This document shows positions 13,305 through 22,793 of a stretch of DNA of 28,435 nucleotides, piece by piece (the first letter of the stretch is position 1; every line of letters starts with the position of its first letter). Source of the stretch: Tolypothrix carrinoi HA7290-LM1 (GTDB lineage: Bacteria; Cyanobacteriota; Cyanobacteriia; Cyanobacteriales; Nostocaceae); NCBI GenBank assembly GCA_019358935.1, contig JAHHIK010000106.1, positions 1 to 28,435 on the forward strand, written 5' to 3'. The notes beneath the pieces are model-generated. The model was given only the letters and a program-made list of their open reading frames with translations, had not been told where the DNA came from and did not search any database. Made by a program: the position numbers and the translations under genes.

Positions 13305-15602
13305 ATGGCAAAGTTAGTTGTTATGAAACTAGATGGTAATTTGTCAGACACGGGGTGTCGGGTGACACTGGAAATTGGAGCCGAAAATGCTCGCCCAAAA
13401 ATAGAAGTTTCTGGCAATTTACCTGCATCCCCCGACTTGGCAAATTACCAGCACCAGTGGCAAGATAACTATCGCAGTTTGGGGATAACTAGCCGAATTA
13501 AACCCCAAGAAATTATTTACGATGGCTGTATCAAAAGTCGAATAAAAAAATGTAGTGAGTCAGCCAAAGTTTTGAGCGATCGCTTGCAAATATTACTTGA
13601 GTCTCCGGCATTTCGCTGCATTAACAACACATTACGTGAAGAATTAAACCGAGAGGAAATAATTCGGCTATTAATTCGCACTGATGATAGCGAATTACAA
13701 AGGCTTCCTTGGCATTTGTGGGATTTTTTTAACAGATACTCACAAGCCGAATTTGCCCTGACTGCAACAGTTTCGGAAACACCTGCAACACCACCATCAC
13801 GTAAACCGAAAGTCAGAATTTTAGCGATTTTGGGAAATAGTACTGGAATTGATGTTCAAAAAGACCGTCAATTGTTAGAAAGTTTACCATCATCCGAAAT
13901 AGTTTTTTTAGTAGAACCACAACGCAAAAAGCTCAACAATTATTTGTGGCAGCAATGGGATATTTTGTTTTTCGCGGGTCATAGTGAAAGTGCTGATGGG
14001 AAAGGTAAGATTTATATTAATAAAATTGAGAGTTTAACAATTGACGATTTAGAGAATGGTTTAAAAAGCGCGATCGCACAAGGTTTGCAACTGGCAATTT
14101 TTAACTCTTGTGATGGTTTGGGATTAGCATCGCAACTTATTTCTTTACATATTCCGCAAATGATTGTCATGCGGGAACCAGTACCGGATGAAGTCGCACA
14201 GGAATTTTTAAAGCATTTTCTCATAGCTTTTTCTAGTGGCAAATCTCTTTATCTAGCATCGCGAGAAGCAAGAGAAAAACTGCAAGGTTTGGAAGATAGA
14301 TTTCCTAATGCAACTTGGTTGCCAGTAATTTTCCAGAACCCTGGAGTTGTACCACCAACTTGGAAAAAGTTATCTTTTCGGCATATTGATTTTAAACGTA
14401 TTTTTCTGACCATACTTGTGGTGAGTGTGCTTGTTACATCAAGTGTAATGGGAGTGCGTTATCTGGGGATGTTGCAACAAAGCGAATTGCAAGCTTATGA
14501 CCATTTCATGCAAGTGCGATCGCATAACGAAAGGTCAGATCCGCGCTTGTTAATAGTTACTGTTGGGGAGGCTGATATTTATTATCAGAACCAAATGGGG
14601 ATGAAATCGAAAGGATCGCTTTCCGATCAAGCACTCGCTCAACTGTTGCAAAAATTGAAGCAGTATCAACCAACAACTATTGGTATAGATATTTATCGTG
14701 ATTTTCCTGTAGACCCCGATTATCCAAATTTAGTTACTAGTCTACAGCAAGACTCGCGCATTTTTGCAGTGTGCAAAGTTTCTGCTGATTCGGATGGTGA
14801 AGCTGATGGCATTCACCCCCCTGATGAAGTTCCGCGATCGCGCCAAAGTTTTAGTGATTTTGTAGCAGACAATGATGAAATTCTTCGTCGTCAATTGTTG
14901 AATTTAACTCCTCCTATAAAATCGCCATGTGCCGCAAAAGATTCTTTTAGTCTTCAGCTTGCACGTCACTATTTACAAGCGAAAAATATCAAAGCTTTTA
15001 TTAATTCTCAGGGATACTTGCAGATTGGTAAGGTTGTCTTTCAGCCATTAAAAGAACACTCTAGCGGTTATCAAAGAATTGATGCATCCGGTTATCAAGT
15101 TTTGCTGAATTATCGTTCTTTGCGTCAAACGGAAAAAATTGCCGAGACAGTATCTCTTAAAGATGTTTTGACTGACCAAATCAAACCTGAATTAATCGAG
15201 TCATTAAAGAATCGTATCGTTATGATTGGCGTTACTGCCCCAAGCGCTAATGCTGATTATTGGAAAACCCCGTCCAAAGAAAAGAAAATACAAGGACTCT
15301 TGGTGCAAGCAAATATGGTAAGCCATATTCTCAGTGCCGTTGAGGATCGCAGACCTTTGTTTTGGTGGTGGTCTGGGTGGGTGGAAGCACTTTGGGTCTT
15401 TGTATGGTCATTGGTGGGAGGTATTATAGCATGGCGTTGCTCGAAGCCGCTGTATCTTGGGCTGGCGATCGCAACAGCGTTGTTAACATTATTTGGGGTC
15501 TGCTTTGGCATTTTTACACTAGCGGGGTGGATACCATTTGTGCCGCCTGTATTGACATTGGTGTTGACGGCTACGGCTGTTATGTGGATATTACGTAATT
15601 AA
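13305..15602 (+). CDS. CHAT (caspase-like protease) - TM - CHASE2 - 3TM receptor
   Basis: CHAT motifs LQRLPWHLW, LFFAGHS (His), IFNSCDG (Cys), MREPVPD and WLPVIFQNP; a TM helix; CHASE2 motifs ELQAYD, DPRLLIV, IGIDIYRD, D.D...RR and IVMIG; three C-terminal TM helices and no further domain. Confidence 0.92.
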   Translation: MAKLVVMKLDGNLSDTGCRVTLEIGAENARPKIEVSGNLPASPDLANYQHQWQDNYRSLGITSRIKPQEIIYDGCIKSRIKKCSESAKVLSDRLQILLESPAFRCINNTLREELNREEIIRLLIRTDDSELQRLPWHLWDFFNRYSQAEFALTATVSETPATPPSRKPKVRILAILGNSTGIDVQKDRQLLESLPSSEIVFLVEPQRKKLNNYLWQQWDILFFAGHSESADGKGKIYINKIESLTIDDLENGLKSAIAQGLQLAIFNSCDGLGLASQLISLHIPQMIVMREPVPDEVAQEFLKHFLIAFSSGKSLYLASREAREKLQGLEDRFPNATWLPVIFQNPGVVPPTWKKLSFRHIDFKRIFLTILVVSVLVTSSVMGVRYLGMLQQSELQAYDHFMQVRSHNERSDPRLLIVTVGEADIYYQNQMGMKSKGSLSDQALAQLLQKLKQYQPTTIGIDIYRDFPVDPDYPNLVTSLQQDSRIFAVCKVSADSDGEADGIHPPDEVPRSRQSFSDFVADNDEILRRQLLNLTPPIKSPCAAKDSFSLQLARHYLQAKNIKAFINSQGYLQIGKVVFQPLKEHSSGYQRIDASGYQVLLNYRSLRQTEKIAETVSLKDVLTDQIKPELIESLKNRIVMIGVTAPSANADYWKTPSKEKKIQGLLVQANMVSHILSAVEDRRPLFWWWSGWVEALWVFVWSLVGGIIAWRCSKPLYLGLAIATALLTLFGVCFGIFTLAGWIPFVPPVLTLVLTATAVMWILRN

Positions 15603-15665
15603 ACTTGTGATGCTGGCTTATCGTCTTTATTTGGGAAATAACATCAGATATTTTGACACTGAATT

Positions 15666-16574
15666 ATGAGCAAGAATAATCTACCTCAAAACCAGATGAA
15701 ACTAGTACTTCACCACGGGAACTCGTCAGATTCCCGACTTCTTGAAGAAGTCGGGAATCTCGGAGCGATTCATCAACCTATAAAAGCGCTGAAGCGCTTA
15801 CTACGAAGCGTTATTTTTTTGATACTGCTTGCGAGTTACCCAGCACTAGTAAATGCACAAGTTACGCAACCTGTCAAGAAGGTTGTCCCAAACAGACAAA
15901 ACCGCCTTGCGGAATTGAAATTTCCCCGTAATGGCGCACCGATTGGTCGCCGTCAAGGAGGGGCAAGGCGTACTGGAACTGAATGCCCAGACTTGAAAAC
16001 GCCTATGACTGCGTTGGTGCCTGGTGAAGAAAGTGCCGACGAATCGAAATCTTTCTTAGCATTTACAGTGTCTGAGTATCCAACTTTTTGGGTTTATGTG
16101 CCACAGTTACCGAGCAATGTTCGCTCTGGAGAGTTTGTGTTTCAGGATGAACAAGGTAACGATGTCTACCGGATGCCTTTGACGCTGCCTGAAAAGTCTG
16201 GTGCGATCGGCATTAGTTTACCACAAAATCCGCAATATGCTTTAAAGACAAACAATAAGTATCAATGGTACTTTAAGGTTTATTGTGGTGCAGCGCAAAA
16301 CACATCTGAGTATTTTTATGTGAAAGCATGGGTGCAACGAGTAGCGCTCACGAGCCAGCTTGAAAGTCAGTTAAAAACGGCGAAATCAGGGGAATATATT
16401 ACTTATGCTGTTAATTATATTTGGCAGGATGCTGTAACTAATTTAGCTGATATACGCCGGACTAATTCAGGCGATCGCGTTTTGAGCGATGATTGGATTA
16501 GTTTGTTAACATCTGTTGGCTTGTCAGAATTTGCAAGGGCGCCCGTTGTTTGGCGTTATGGTTTTGAAAGATAA
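15666..16574 (+). CDS. DUF928 family protein (secreted or periplasmic)
   Basis: GAPIGRRQGGARR, MTALVP, PTFWVYVP, YQWYFKVYC, IWQDAVTNLA and DWISLLTSVGL; hydrophobic signal ending VNAQ. Alternative start at ATG 15696. Confidence 0.9.
   Translation: MSKNNLPQNQMKLVLHHGNSSDSRLLEEVGNLGAIHQPIKALKRLLRSVIFLILLASYPALVNAQVTQPVKKVVPNRQNRLAELKFPRNGAPIGRRQGGARRTGTECPDLKTPMTALVPGEESADESKSFLAFTVSEYPTFWVYVPQLPSNVRSGEFVFQDEQGNDVYRMPLTLPEKSGAIGISLPQNPQYALKTNNKYQWYFKVYCGAAQNTSEYFYVKAWVQRVALTSQLESQLKTAKSGEYITYAVNYIWQDAVTNLADIRRTNSGDRVLSDDWISLLTSVGLSEFARAPVVWRYGFER
15728..15760. repeat. 33-bp perfect palindromic dispersed repeat inside the DUF928 coding region
   Basis: AGATTCCCGACTTCTT-G-AAGAAGTCGGGAATCT, 16-bp arms; its length is a multiple of 3. 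Confidence 0.9.
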
Positions 16575-16638
16575 TGGCGATGTAGTTGAAGTGGTGGATA
16601 AATAGAGGCTGACAATTACTGCTTTTGAGGAGTGTAGT

Positions 16639-19600
16639 ATGTCTGGGATGATTCGATACTGGCAAAGATGGGCATTAGGAAAATTGTTAGTGGTGGGGGG
16701 AGCGATCGCCTTTTCGGGAAATTGTGCATTAGCTCAAATTATCCCCGATGCCACTTTGCCTAATAATTCCAGCGTCACTCCCTCTGGTAACACCAGTATC
16801 ATTGAGGGAGGAACTAAAGCTGGTGGCAACTTGTTTCACAGCTTCCAAGAGTTTTCTGTTCCCACTGGGGGTATCGCTTACTTCAACAACGCCTCAGAGA
16901 TTCAGAACATTATTAGCCGGGTGACAGGTTCGTCTATCTCGAACATTGACGGTTTGCTCAAAGCTAATGGTAGTGCCAACCTGTTTCTACTCAATCCCAA
17001 TGGTATTATTTTTGGTCCGAATGCGAGGTTAGACATCGGTGGCTCATTTGTTGGTAGTACAGCTAGCAGCCTAAAGTTTGCTGATGGTACCCAGTTCAGC
17101 TCAACTGCGCCCCAAACAACTCCATTGCTAACTGTCAGTGTACCGCTTGGTCTGCAACTAGGACCAACTGCGGGAAGCATCGTAAATCAATCCCGATCAA
17201 CCAATATTAGTGGCGAACCTGTTGGTTTACAGGTACAGCCAGGTAAAACCTTGGCGCTTGTGGGCGGCAATGTTAGATTAGAAGGCGCGACAATGCTAGC
17301 TCCAGGTGGTCGAGTGGAGTTGGGAGGATTAGCAGCAGCGGGAACGGTAGAGTTTGGTGATAGCAACAATTTGCGTTTGAGTTTCCCAGATAGCATTGCA
17401 CGAGCAGATGTAGTACTTAGCAATGGAACTTTTGTTGGCGTCGCCGCAGGGGGTGGTGGCAGCATTGCAATCAATGCCCGGAATATAGATGTTCTGGGAG
17501 GAAGTTATCTTTTTGCTGGGATCGACTCTGGTTTGGGATCGGGAACTGCTGTTGCAGGAGATGTTACGCTCAATGCGACAGGGACAATAGCACTCAAGCA
17601 GTCAAGCAATATTATCAACGAAGTCAGATATAATGCTACTGGTAATAGTGGAAATATTGATATCAAAGCTGAATCACTTGACCTTGAAAACGCTTTTTTG
17701 AGTGCCAGCACATTTGGAGTGGGAAATGGCGGCACTATCAATATCAATGCCCGCGACAGGGTCTCCTTTACCGGACGTGGGGCATACAGCCAAGTAGAAC
17801 CAGATGCCGTAGGTAATAGTGGCGGCATCAATATTACGGCTGGGTCGCTCTCTTTGACGAATAGTGAGCTGTTAGCCCACACCTTTGGAAAGGGAAATGC
17901 AGGTACTATCAACCTCAATGCCCGCGATATCATCGACTTGGATCGGAGTGTGGCATTGAGCGAAGTGCGACGAAAAGAAGCTTTTGGTAACAGTGGCGGC
18001 ATCAATATTACCACTGGAGCTCTTTCTCTTACCAATGGCGCTGTTCTAGCGACTAGCACCTTTGGGCAAGGAAATGGGGGCACTATCAAGATCAATGCTC
18101 GCGATAGCGTCTCCTTTGCTGGGAGTACAGCCTTCAGTCAAGTAGAACCAAAAGCTTTTGGTAACAGTGGCGGCATTGATATCACGACTGGATCTCTTTC
18201 GTTGACGAATAGTGCCCTGCTAGCCCAAACCAGAGGAAAGGGAAATGCAGGTACTATCAACATCAATGCCCGCGACACCGTTTCCTTTGATCGGAGTGCG
18301 GCATTGAGCGAAGTGATAGCAAATCAAGCTTTTGGTAACAGTGGCGGTATTAATATCACCACTGGGTCACTCTTTCTAACAAATGGGGCTGTCCTGGCTA
18401 CTAGTACTTTTGGGCAAGGAAATGGGGGCACTATCAAGATCAATGCTCGCGATAGCGTCTCCTTTGCAGGGAGTACAGCCTTCAGTCAAGTAGAACCAAA
18501 AGCTTTTGGTAACAGTGGCGGCATTGATATCACGACTGGATCTCTTTCGTTGACGAATAGTGAGTTGTTAGCCCAGACCAGAGGAAACGGAAATGCAGGT
18601 ACTATTAATATCAATGCCCGCGACACCATCGACTTGGATCGGAGTCGGGCATTGAGCGAAGTGTTCGTAAATAAAGCTGTAGGTAACAGTGGCGGCATCA
18701 ATATTACCACTGGAGCGCTGTCGGCAAATGATGCTGTCCTGGCTACTAGCACCTTTGGGCAAGGAAATGGGGGCACTATCAAGATCAATGCTCGCGATAG
18801 CGTCTCCTTTGCAGGGAGTACAGCCTTCAGTCAAGTAGAACCAAAAGCTTTTGGTAACAGTGGCGGCATTGATATCACGACTGGATCTCTTTCGTTGACG
18901 AATAGTGAGTTGTTAGCCCAGACCAGAGGAAACGGAAATGCAGGTACTATTAATATCAATGCCCGCGACACCATCGACTTGGATCGGAGTCGGGCATTGA
19001 GCGAAGTGTTCGTAAATAAAGCTGTAGGTAACAGTGGCGGCATCAATATTACCACTGGAGCGCTGTCGGCAAATGATGCTGTCCTGGCTACTAGCACCTT
19101 TGGGCAAGGAAATGGGGGCACTATCAAGATCAATGCTCGCGATAGCGTCTCCTTTGCAGGGAGTACAGCCTTCAGTCAAGTAGAACCAAAAGCTTTTGGT
19201 AACAGTGGCGGCATTGATATCACGACTGGATCTCTTTCGTTGACGAATAGTGCCCTGCTAGCCCACACCTTTGGAAAGGGAAATGCAGGCACTATCAACC
19301 TCAATGCCCGCGATACCATCGACTTGGATCGGAGTGTGGTATTGAGCGAAGTGCAGCGAAATCCAGCTTTTGGTAACAGTGGCGGCATTAATATTACCAC
19401 TGGGTCACTTTTTCTAAGAAATGGGGCTGTCCTAGCGACTAGCACTTTTGGAATGGGAAATGGCGGCACTATCAATATCAATGCCCGCGATGTCGTCTCC
19501 TTTGATGGGAGTAAAGCATACAGCCAAGTGAACAATAGAGCCACAGGTAATAGTGGCGGCATCGATATCACGACAGGGTCACTTTTTGTCACTAATGGTG

Positions 19601-20931
19601 CTGAATTATTTACCAGCACTCATGGAAAGGGAAATGCAGGTAATGTGACCATTAATGCCCGCGACAGGATTTCCCTTGATGGGGGGGAGTGGGAACAGAG
19701 TGGTTTCGTCTCTAGTAAAATTCAGAGTCGGATAGAAGACAATCAGATAATAGAAGAGCGAGGACAGGTGCAGGGAGGTAATATCGAGATCGTTACAGAG
19801 TCGCTCTCAGCCACCAATGGCGCTTACCTAAGTGCTAGTACAGACGCAGTAGGAAATGCAGGTAATTTTATCATTAATGCCCGCGATATTTACTTTGCTG
19901 GGAAGGGTGAAGATAAACTTCCCAGCGGTGTCTATAGCCGAGTGCTAAATGATGCCAAAGGGCAGGGAGGTAATATCCAGATCGTTACAGAGTCGCTCTC
20001 CCTAACTGATGATGCTATTATCTCTGCTGTGCTGCTGCAAAAAGCAGAGGGGCAGGGAGGTAATATCCAGATCACAGCAAACTCGCTCTCACTTACCAAT
20101 GACGCTGAAGTAAATGTAAGCAGTGAAGGAAGAGGAAATGCAGGCAACTTAAACATCAACGCTAACTTTATTCGCCTGGAAAACCAAGGAAAACTCAGAG
20201 CTTCTACAGCAGCAGGAACTGGCGGAAACATAACGCTCTCAAACTTAGATTTATTACTAATGCGCGATCGCAGTCTAATATCTGCTGAAGCTCTCAACGA
20301 TGCAAATGGCGGCAATATCACAATCAATGCCAAAGATGGCTTTATCGTCGCTGTACCAAAAGAAAACAGCGACATCGTTGCAAACGCCTCCAGAGGAAAT
20401 GGAGGTAATATTAACATCACCACCTCTGGCATCTACGGACTAGAGAATCGCTCTGGGCAGGCTACAGATTTAAACATAAGTGAGATCAACGCCAGTTCAG
20501 AATTTGGTACGGACGGCACTATAGAAATCAACACGCTCGAAATTGACCCCAACAGTGGCTTAGTTAACTTACCCACCGTACCACTTGACACCGAAGTGTC
20601 CCAAGTTTGTCAACCGCGTACAGCAGAAAATCAAAGCAGTTTTATCATCACTGGACGCGGTGGTTTACCACCCAACCCCAGGACTGAACTTCTCACTCCT
20701 GACGCCGTTCAAGTAGATTGGGTAACGCTCAAACCAAGCACACAAAACCGCTCTAATTCATCTGTTAGCAGCAAACGAACTACAGCCACACCAGAAAAAA
20801 TCGTAGAAGCTACTGGGTGGGTGCGAAACGAAAAGGGAGAGGTTGTTCTTACAGCCAATCCGCCCACCGTCACACCTCATGGTTCATGGCAGAAACCCGC
20901 AGATTGCAGTGCAGTTCAATCAAATAAATAG
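16639..20931 (+). CDS. Filamentous haemagglutinin N-terminal (TPS) domain exoprotein (TpsA-like, 'S-layer family')
   Basis: GAGGAG RBS, signal peptide ..NCALAQ, NLFHSFQEFSV, IISRVTG, NLFLLNPNGIIFG, GN.G.I.I.A repeats, and the cyanobacterial C-terminus SSFIITGRGGLPPNP...IVEATGW...C. Confidence 0.93.
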   Translation: MSGMIRYWQRWALGKLLVVGGAIAFSGNCALAQIIPDATLPNNSSVTPSGNTSIIEGGTKAGGNLFHSFQEFSVPTGGIAYFNNASEIQNIISRVTGSSISNIDGLLKANGSANLFLLNPNGIIFGPNARLDIGGSFVGSTASSLKFADGTQFSSTAPQTTPLLTVSVPLGLQLGPTAGSIVNQSRSTNISGEPVGLQVQPGKTLALVGGNVRLEGATMLAPGGRVELGGLAAAGTVEFGDSNNLRLSFPDSIARADVVLSNGTFVGVAAGGGGSIAINARNIDVLGGSYLFAGIDSGLGSGTAVAGDVTLNATGTIALKQSSNIINEVRYNATGNSGNIDIKAESLDLENAFLSASTFGVGNGGTININARDRVSFTGRGAYSQVEPDAVGNSGGINITAGSLSLTNSELLAHTFGKGNAGTINLNARDIIDLDRSVALSEVRRKEAFGNSGGINITTGALSLTNGAVLATSTFGQGNGGTIKINARDSVSFAGSTAFSQVEPKAFGNSGGIDITTGSLSLTNSALLAQTRGKGNAGTININARDTVSFDRSAALSEVIANQAFGNSGGINITTGSLFLTNGAVLATSTFGQGNGGTIKINARDSVSFAGSTAFSQVEPKAFGNSGGIDITTGSLSLTNSELLAQTRGNGNAGTININARDTIDLDRSRALSEVFVNKAVGNSGGINITTGALSANDAVLATSTFGQGNGGTIKINARDSVSFAGSTAFSQVEPKAFGNSGGIDITTGSLSLTNSELLAQTRGNGNAGTININARDTIDLDRSRALSEVFVNKAVGNSGGINITTGALSANDAVLATSTFGQGNGGTIKINARDSVSFAGSTAFSQVEPKAFGNSGGIDITTGSLSLTNSALLAHTFGKGNAGTINLNARDTIDLDRSVVLSEVQRNPAFGNSGGINITTGSLFLRNGAVLATSTFGMGNGGTININARDVVSFDGSKAYSQVNNRATGNSGGIDITTGSLFVTNGAELFTSTHGKGNAGNVTINARDRISLDGGEWEQSGFVSSKIQSRIEDNQIIEERGQVQGGNIEIVTESLSATNGAYLSASTDAVGNAGNFIINARDIYFAGKGEDKLPSGVYSRVLNDAKGQGGNIQIVTESLSLTDDAIISAVLLQKAEGQGGNIQITANSLSLTNDAEVNVSSEGRGNAGNLNINANFIRLENQGKLRASTAAGTGGNITLSNLDLLLMRDRSLISAEALNDANGGNITINAKDGFIVAVPKENSDIVANASRGNGGNINITTSGIYGLENRSGQATDLNISEINASSEFGTDGTIEINTLEIDPNSGLVNLPTVPLDTEVSQVCQPRTAENQSSFIITGRGGLPPNPRTELLTPDAVQVDWVTLKPSTQNRSNSSVSSKRTTATPEKIVEATGWVRNEKGEVVLTANPPTVTPHGSWQKPADCSAVQSNK
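18409..19252. repeat. Apparently identical tandem 345-bp (115-aa) coding repeats (about 2.4 copies) within a longer degenerate array (about 17700-19660)
   Basis: Opposite-strand ORFs 18486-18788 and 18831-19133, and 18568-18834 and 18913-19179, translate identically at offset 345. By eye, identity runs from 18409/18754 to 18907/19252. Confidence 0.9.
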
Positions 20932-21141
20932 AAGTGCGATCGCCCTAGCTCGTTACATTTCTTTACCGAAGTTGCTTCAAACAGCACATATCTCGATATA
21001 ACCCCAATTTCGCTTCAAAAAAAGCAAAACAAAAAAATCAGAATATTGCCTAAAAATTTCGTATTGTCTTCAATCTTTTTACAAGATACTATCATAATAG
21101 TACAGCAATTATGAATTATTGGCTGTAAAAATAGCCTGTAT

Positions 21142-21246
21142 TATATCATGTCCGGTTAATTGCCTATATTGTAGAGACGTTCCACTGGAACGTCTCTACG
21201 ACGGTTGCAATGTTTTTATTAATATTAATTAAGCGAATATGATATA
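21142..21246. mobile_element. 105-bp MITE with 20-bp terminal inverted repeats and an internal REP-like palindrome
   Basis: Left end TATATCATGTCCGGTTAATT versus reverse complement of right end TATATCATATTCGCTTAATT (17/20 match); internal GTAGAGACGTTCCA-C-TGGAACGTCTCTAC (21171-21199); TA at both ends. Confidence 0.8.
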
Positions 21247-21344
21247 AATTGATTTTTTTAAGCGGTTAATTAGTATCAATTAAAATCAAAATTTTGTACT
21301 CCCGAAAACCAGGATTTTCCACCACAAATCCAGGAGACTTGTGA

Positions 21345-22793
21345 ATGTTAAACCAAAAAAACAGCTTATTCCGAAAAGAGTCACTAGAGCGTTTATCTTC
21401 TCCTGAAAGATTAGACCAGCTGATGCAAGTAGTCAGTCCCAAAAGCTGGCTACCTCTACTTGCCTTGGGTTCCTTGGTGGGAGTAGGCATTGTCTGGAGT
21501 ATTTATGGACGCATTCCTATCACCGTCGAAGGTCGCGGAGTACTGATTTACCCGCGCAAAGTTGTACCACTGCAATCAACAAGCTCAGGGCAGTTACTTG
21601 CTTTGAATGTCAAAGTTGGGGATGTCGTCAAAAAAGGGCAGGTGCTGGCAACAATTGACCAACAGGACTTACGCAAACAACTGCAACAGCAGCGAGCTAA
21701 ACTAACGGAACTACAGTCACAAGACCAAGCTATCAATTCACTGCAAGGGGTACGAACCGAACAGGAAAAAATCTCGATGCAGCAGCAACAGCAGTATTTC
21801 CAGCAACGCATACGAGAACTTCAAGCCGTGACACCTCAGCTCAAAACCAAAGGCAATGACTCTATTAAACAGCAACGCCAGGGTTTGCAACAACGCATCC
21901 GGGAAGCCCAAACTCTAACCCCCGTTTTCAAGAAGAGAATGGAAATCCGCAAACATTTACGAGAGACAGAAAAAGCGATTTCAGGTGATGAAGTTCTCAG
22001 GGCAGAACAGGAATATTTAGAGAATTTGCAAAGAATTTCTGAACTCAAAACCCAGTTAAAGGAACTAGATGTTAGGGAGACTGAACAAGAAAAGGCTTAT
22101 CGTGAAAACCTGAGTGCAATCTCGGACTTTCAATCTCAGTTGAAACAACTCGACAGCAAACAAGCAACTCAAGCTCAAGAAGACCTGCAAACTTCAACTA
22201 CCCGGAAAAACGAGATTCAAGAAATCAAGCGAGAGATTGCCAAACTAGAACTGCAACTACGCAATAACAGCTTGATTATCAGTCAACACAACGGACGCAT
22301 TCTCGAAATCACTCTTACACCCGGAATTGTTGTGAGTGCGGGAACCCGTTTGGGGAGCATAGATGAGGAAAATCCATCTAGCAAGCTGGTTGGCATTACT
22401 TATTTTGCGATCGCTGAGGGCAAGAAAATTCAAGCGGGTATGCCAATCCAAATTACCCCCCAAACCGTTAAACGAGAACGCTTTGGCGGCATCGTGGGTA
22501 CTATCACCAGTGTCTCACCATTTCCGATCACCAAAGAAGGAGCCGCTAGTACGATCGGCAATTCAGAAGTGGTGGAAGGTCTAGTATCTCAAAAACAAGA
22601 AGGAGTAATGCAAGTATTCGCTGACCTCAAACTGGATTCCACCACTCCGAGCGGCTACAAGTGGTCTTCTTCCACAGGACCCCACCTAAAAATCTCTTCT
22701 GGAACTACGAGTGTTGTTCGAGTCAAAGTCGAAGAACGCGCTCCGATCACGTATGTTCTACCTATTTTGAGGTCTTTCAGTGGTTTCAACTAA
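21345..22793 (+). CDS. NHLP/NHLM bacteriocin system secretion protein, HlyD family (TIGR03794-like)
   Basis: Signature N-terminus LFRKESLERLSSPERLDQLMQVV, one TM, a long Gln-rich coiled coil, VKRERFGGIVG, SGYKWSSS.GP and APITYVLP; AGGAG RBS. Confidence 0.93.
   Translation: MLNQKNSLFRKESLERLSSPERLDQLMQVVSPKSWLPLLALGSLVGVGIVWSIYGRIPITVEGRGVLIYPRKVVPLQSTSSGQLLALNVKVGDVVKKGQVLATIDQQDLRKQLQQQRAKLTELQSQDQAINSLQGVRTEQEKISMQQQQQYFQQRIRELQAVTPQLKTKGNDSIKQQRQGLQQRIREAQTLTPVFKKRMEIRKHLRETEKAISGDEVLRAEQEYLENLQRISELKTQLKELDVRETEQEKAYRENLSAISDFQSQLKQLDSKQATQAQEDLQTSTTRKNEIQEIKREIAKLELQLRNNSLIISQHNGRILEITLTPGIVVSAGTRLGSIDEENPSSKLVGITYFAIAEGKKIQAGMPIQITPQTVKRERFGGIVGTITSVSPFPITKEGAASTIGNSEVVEGLVSQKQEGVMQVFADLKLDSTTPSGYKWSSSTGPHLKISSGTTSVVRVKVEERAPITYVLPILRSFSGFN

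Noticed and set aside
16902..20432. Minus-strand ORFs within the large FHA gene, including the duplicated 100-aa and 88-aa ORFs
   Set aside because: Antisense shadows; the duplication only reflects the 345-bp repeat.
16639..20931. CdiA-type contact-dependent toxin, or cargo of the adjacent ABC exporter
   Set aside because: No VENN or pre-toxin motif, toxin tip or immunity gene; it has a Sec signal and TPS domain rather than a double-glycine leader or RTX repeats.
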